Shown here one piece after another: positions 59,381 to 64,000 of a stretch of DNA of 64,000 nucleotides (its first letter is position 1; the number at the start of each line of letters is the position of its first letter). Source of the DNA: the human T2T-CHM13v2.0 reference genome, Homo sapiens; assembly GCF_009914755.1 (NCBI RefSeq), contig NC_060927.1; one strand, 5' to 3'. A program made the translations under genes and the position numbers. The notes beneath the pieces were generated by a model that had not been told where the DNA came from, did not search any database, and saw only the letters and a list, made by a program, of their open reading frames with translations.

Positions 59381-61564
59381 AACAATTAAATTGTCCAGAA
59401 AACAATATTCAAAACCAAATACTAGGCAAACATTAAGTAAGACCTGAGGGTCCTATTAGCTTGAAGGCAAAATAAAATAAAATACAAAAAAAATCAGATA
59501 ACATTTGGCCCTTCTGGTTGCACTGGAACTATGGATTAAGAATTATCTAATCTCAACCTAATGACAAAAGAAATATGTATAATGTATAAACAAAAATCAA
59601 GATTTTCAGGGATAGCTACATGAGAAAGTAAGCTGCCTGGGTGGCTTGCTGAAGAGAGAAAAGCTGAAGATAAAGAGATCCAGATGCTATTTTGTACAGA
59701 AAGTACCAGATACCCCATAAGCAATCTTACCCAAAAAAAAGTATTTGCTAAAACAAAGAAAATCAGGTATCATAGGAAGACACCAAAAAATAAAATGATA
59801 AAGTTTTATCTGATCAGATAAAACACAGGCAAATGCTTTTCTTCGGGCCACTACTGACCTCAGAAACAGACTAGAAAATGCTTTGTCTGTGTGGAAGCCC
59901 ATTTCAGGAGTTAGATGATCTGTACAACTTTAAAATCCTTTCACAAGAGCATCTATGGCTGAACATCTCATTAGGTTTTTATTTCTTGCTAGATTCTACC
60001 CTGTAACAGTTTTAGATTCTTGTGAGACAAAGCATGAAAAGGGTACATGATGAGGGTCTTTTGAGAGCACTGTCATAGGGATTTTATATTTTTTAGAGAA
60101 CATATTTAAAAGACATGGTACCCTTGTTAGAAGTTATTTAAAACAATAAGCATCTTATAATCACTACTCCTGGAGAGAATAATAATAGCAAAGGGTATGA
60201 AGGGGTTTCTGGAGGTACTAGCTATGTTTCTTTTAAGTCTGGGCTGGCTACATGGATGTTTTCCAATTTGTGAGACTACATTGAGCTGTATAGTTATAAT
60301 TTGTGCACTCTTCTGCATGTACATTATATTTCAGTAAAAGCAAATAAGTAAATGATAGCTACCTGAAATCACTATTCCACCTGTTTTGGGAAGACTAATC
60401 TAACAGAAAATATTTATGATGCACTATATAAGAGCAGAGGGCTATGCTGGGTGCTATGTGACAGAATCCCCCTCCTCAAGGAGCTTTCCATTCAATAAAA
60501 AAGAGAGGAAGGACTCACAACCAATTAATGCACACTGCATTGTAAATAAATAACAGAGTAAAAAGTGACAAGTATTACAGAAGTAACACAGATGCAGCAT
60601 CATTGTTACAGAAGTTGGAGGGAGGGAAAATCATTTTTGATGGTAAAAACCATAGTATGAATATTCTATTACTGTCCCCTCAACACCTCACCCAGAATCC
60701 TGAAACACCTTGCATATGGTGGGCATTAACTAGATCAATGGAGGCAGATCAAAAAATAGCAAAGGCTTTGTAAACAGTGACAGGCAGAACTGGTTTTAAT
60801 CCCAGTTCTATCATTTACAGAGTGTGTGAGCCCTTGAATAATTTAACCAGATTAATCAAGTATGGGTTTTGTTTTCCCAGCCCTTCCACCCTTTTCAAAT
60901 TGAAATCATTAAGGGGAGTGAGGAGAACCTTTCTCTTCTCACTTGAAACCTGCTACTATAGTGGAGGTAACCAGTGTTAGTACCCAATTCCCTACCTTTC
61001 AGTGGTCCAGGAGTGGGCATATGGCCCATACCAGACTACTCAGAGTTATTGCCTATGTCTCTTGGATTGCAAAACTGTGAGAGAAAGAGCTTCCAGGGAC
61101 CATGTCTCCAGCCATATGGCAAAAGCCATGAAAAGGAATGAAGATGATATGCACAAAAATGCAGGGAGAGCCAGTAAGAGAATGGGGACTGTTATCACTA
61201 CTCTCTTCTGTTTCAGAAACCCCTGATACAAGAGGTGTCCCTTTCCTTTCCATGACTTTGGTGTCACGGAAACCAATTATGGTTTGTCATGAAAACCAAT
61301 TGTTATGGCAACCAGTTCCCCATCTTGCCTAAATAAGTTCAAGCTGTGTTTTGGTCACATAAATCAAAAAAGCCATGACTAACACATTTCCCTCCATTAA
61401 GCCATGGCTTTTTTCATCTGCGAAATTGAGAATACAAATATTTAATAGATAAGTTTGTAATAAAGATGAAATACTTTATGTAAAGTACAGCTGCTCAGTA
61501 ATAATTTCTTACTATGTACTATCAATGTGAGGATTTCCATCACCCATACAGGAATTCTCCAAAT

Positions 61565-62140
61565 GATGGAGATTTCTCAAAGAACTTAAAAAAAATATTA
61601 TTCAGCCCAGCAATTCCTCTACTGGGTATATTTCCAAAAGAAAAAGAAATCTTTCTACCAAAAAGACACATGCACTTGCATGTTCACTGCAGCACTGTTC
61701 AAACAGAAAAGACATGCAGTCAACCTAGGTGTCCATCAATGGTGGACTGGATACAGAAAATGTGGTACATATACACAATGGAATACTATGCAGCTATTAA
61801 AAAGAACAAAATCATGTGCTTTGCAGCAACATGAATGCAGCTGGAGACCATTATCTTAAGTGAACAGAAAAAGAAAACCAAATTTCACGTGTTCTCACTT
61901 ACAAATGAGAGCTAAACACTGGGTACTCATAGACATAAAGATGGCAACAGTAGACATGAGGGACTACTAGATGGAGGAGGGAGGGAGACAAGGGTTAAAA
62001 ATTAACTACTGGGTACTCTTCTTAGTACCTGGGTGATGAGATCATTTGTATCCCAAACCTCAGCATTTTGCAATATACCCAGGCAATAAACCTGCATGTG
62101 TACCTCCTGAATCTAAAATAAAAGTTGAAAAAAAAAAAAG
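61565..62140 (+). mobile_element. L1PB-type 3' fragment
   Basis: PAIPLLGI...[15 protein letters not shown] peptide; ends cctgaatctaaaataaaagttgaaaa; TSD ttctccaaa at 61555-61563 and 62143-62151. Confidence 0.9.
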
Positions 62141-62659
62141 ACTTCTCCAAACTAGTTTCAATCTACATTGCCTCTACTATACTGCCTCTACCTCACAAAG
62201 CAGCTGGACAATTCACAAATTATACACCATCATCCAATAAAGGCAAAAGATAGACTGATCTCAGATATTTTCTACACACCCTCCTTGCTTTTTCCCCAAT
62301 CAACTCTCTTTTCGAACCCATGACTATCTGATTCACTAGATTGTTCGCCATCTCAAATTTGATCCTGCCTCTGGCCTATTGGACTAGGATTTCATGGTTG
62401 TTTTCCACAGCATTTTACTTACTAATATCCCTGAAGATTTTTTTGTCATTTGACACATCCTCAAACTCTTCTTCCTGAAGGCAAAATTAGTTAAGGATGT
62501 TCTTAATTTGGCCTCCTGAATTTTAACCTCTGGCAGTAGCTGTGTGGTTAACACTTCTGGTCTATTAACTAGAATGATCTTCACCCCTTTCCAAGGAATA
62601 AGTCCAACCAGCCTGAAATTATTTCCAAAATATCAGAAAACTTAATAATTATAAATAAA

Positions 62660-62890
62660 ATTGAATGAGCATTTATTATGTTATCAGGCTCTGTGCTACC
62701 CTGAATGTTTACATTATTTCATTTAATCTTCACTGCAAGACTGGAAAGCAGGTACTGTTACTTTGCCTAGTTGGTAGGTAAGGAAACTGAATCATAGAAC
62801 ATTTAAATAACTTTTTATTATATAAAATGTTTAAAACCTTATAGATACTAAGTTGGAAAGTTCACATTTAAACTCAGGCAATATGACAAT
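62660..62890 (-). mobile_element. MIR SINE
   Basis: tgaatgagcattt...tcatttaatcttcac...aggaaactga. Confidence 0.65.
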
Positions 62891-62896
62891 AAAAAC

Positions 62897-63108
62897 ATTT
62901 TTTTTGAAACAGGGTCTTATTCTGTCACCAAGGCTGGACTGCAGTGGCACAATCATGGCTCACTGCAGCCTTGACTACCTGGGCTCAAGTCATCCTCCCA
63001 CCTCAGCTCCCTGAGCAGTTGAGACTACAGGCATGTGCCACGACGCTGGGCTAATTGTTGTATGTTTTGTAGAGACAGGATTTTGCCATGTTGCCCAGGT
63101 GGGTCTCA
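62897..63108 (-). mobile_element. Partial AluJ
   Basis: gaaacagggtcttattctgtcacc...atcatggctcactgcagccttgac...ctgggctcaag. Confidence 0.9.
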
Positions 63109-64000
63109 ATTTAAACACTGTAAGGGGATATGCAATAAACCAAACATTTCCATTTCATCCTGGTCCCATCTTGCCTCCTCATACACCCACCAAATTCATG
63201 TTAGAATATGAATTCCCTAGTCTGCATCTGCTTATGGATTATATATTGTCAGTAGACAAATTTGCATATCATTCTGTGATATATGGACTCAACGTAAACG
63301 AAAAACACTACTATCATTTTTACTTCTCCCACTATCATGAGCATTTCCCTCCTAGGAAACACAAAAATTTATTGGTATGAGATGAAGACTCAGAGATCAA
63401 AGCATTTAGAAAAGAGACTTGCTTTCAAAAATGTTGGCAGGGGAGTCAGACTTCAGAAAGAGTAGCTTGTCAAATAAAAAACACAACATAAATGTAAGGG
63501 GGAAAAACTGTGAAATTACCAAGGTTACACAGTTTACACCAATCGATTTGTAGTAGATAAACAACAACTTTCTCACATAATTATCATATCCACAAAGGAT
63601 GTTACATATCTTTAGAAATCAACTTTGCATAAGTCCGGGTTATACTTATTCTGCTAGAGATTGAGTAATTTAGAGGACATGCCCAAGGATTTATTTATTT
63701 TAGGGAGCAGAATTAGACAGGGTGACCCTGTTATTTTTGGTTTATCTCATTCTGAGACATAATATTCATCTTTATTTATGATGGGGGCAGGACAAAGTGT
63801 TCATTTTGCTTCCATATTGGCCATTTTTGGCATGCCTATGATGGCACTAGACAACAGTTAGGTCATCTGGGCAACCTGAAAAATAAAAATACTTTGTGGC
63901 TGAATCAGAAACCATGTCATTGCTAAAACAGTTATTCCCATTAGCACTTCATGGAAGGAAATGTTGAGGAAAGGCATTTTAATGAGCTGAGACAGCTCTG

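Overview
Primate (very likely human, chr3p24) genomic DNA: AT-rich, CpG-poor and repeat-dense. The only host protein-coding sequence I can support is the terminal exon of KCNH8 (Kv12.1/ELK potassium channel): acceptor AG at 7443-7444, CDS 7445-8149 ending ...KDNKAINV*, and a 3' UTR with poly(A) signals at about 9004, 9409 and 9673. Bases 1-7444 are the last intron. The rest is downstream intergenic DNA made largely of transposon relics: Alus, L1PA/L1PB/L1M LINEs, MIR/L2, MaLR and ERV LTRs, and Tigger/MER/MADE DNA elements. I see no convincing new gene system. The most notable items are (1) a still-readable CR1/L3 ORF1 SGNH-esterase fossil in the intron, (2) a solo LTR12 with a perfect 77-bp duplication that expands its CCAAT array and points antisense toward KCNH8, (3) a head-to-head fused Alu forming a tight hairpin, (4) a 48-bp templated insertion inside an old L1, and (5) an RFX/AP-1 motif cluster downstream of the gene. 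Repeat subfamily calls come from remembered consensus sequences and need RepeatMasker/Dfam confirmation; boundaries of old repeats are approximate.
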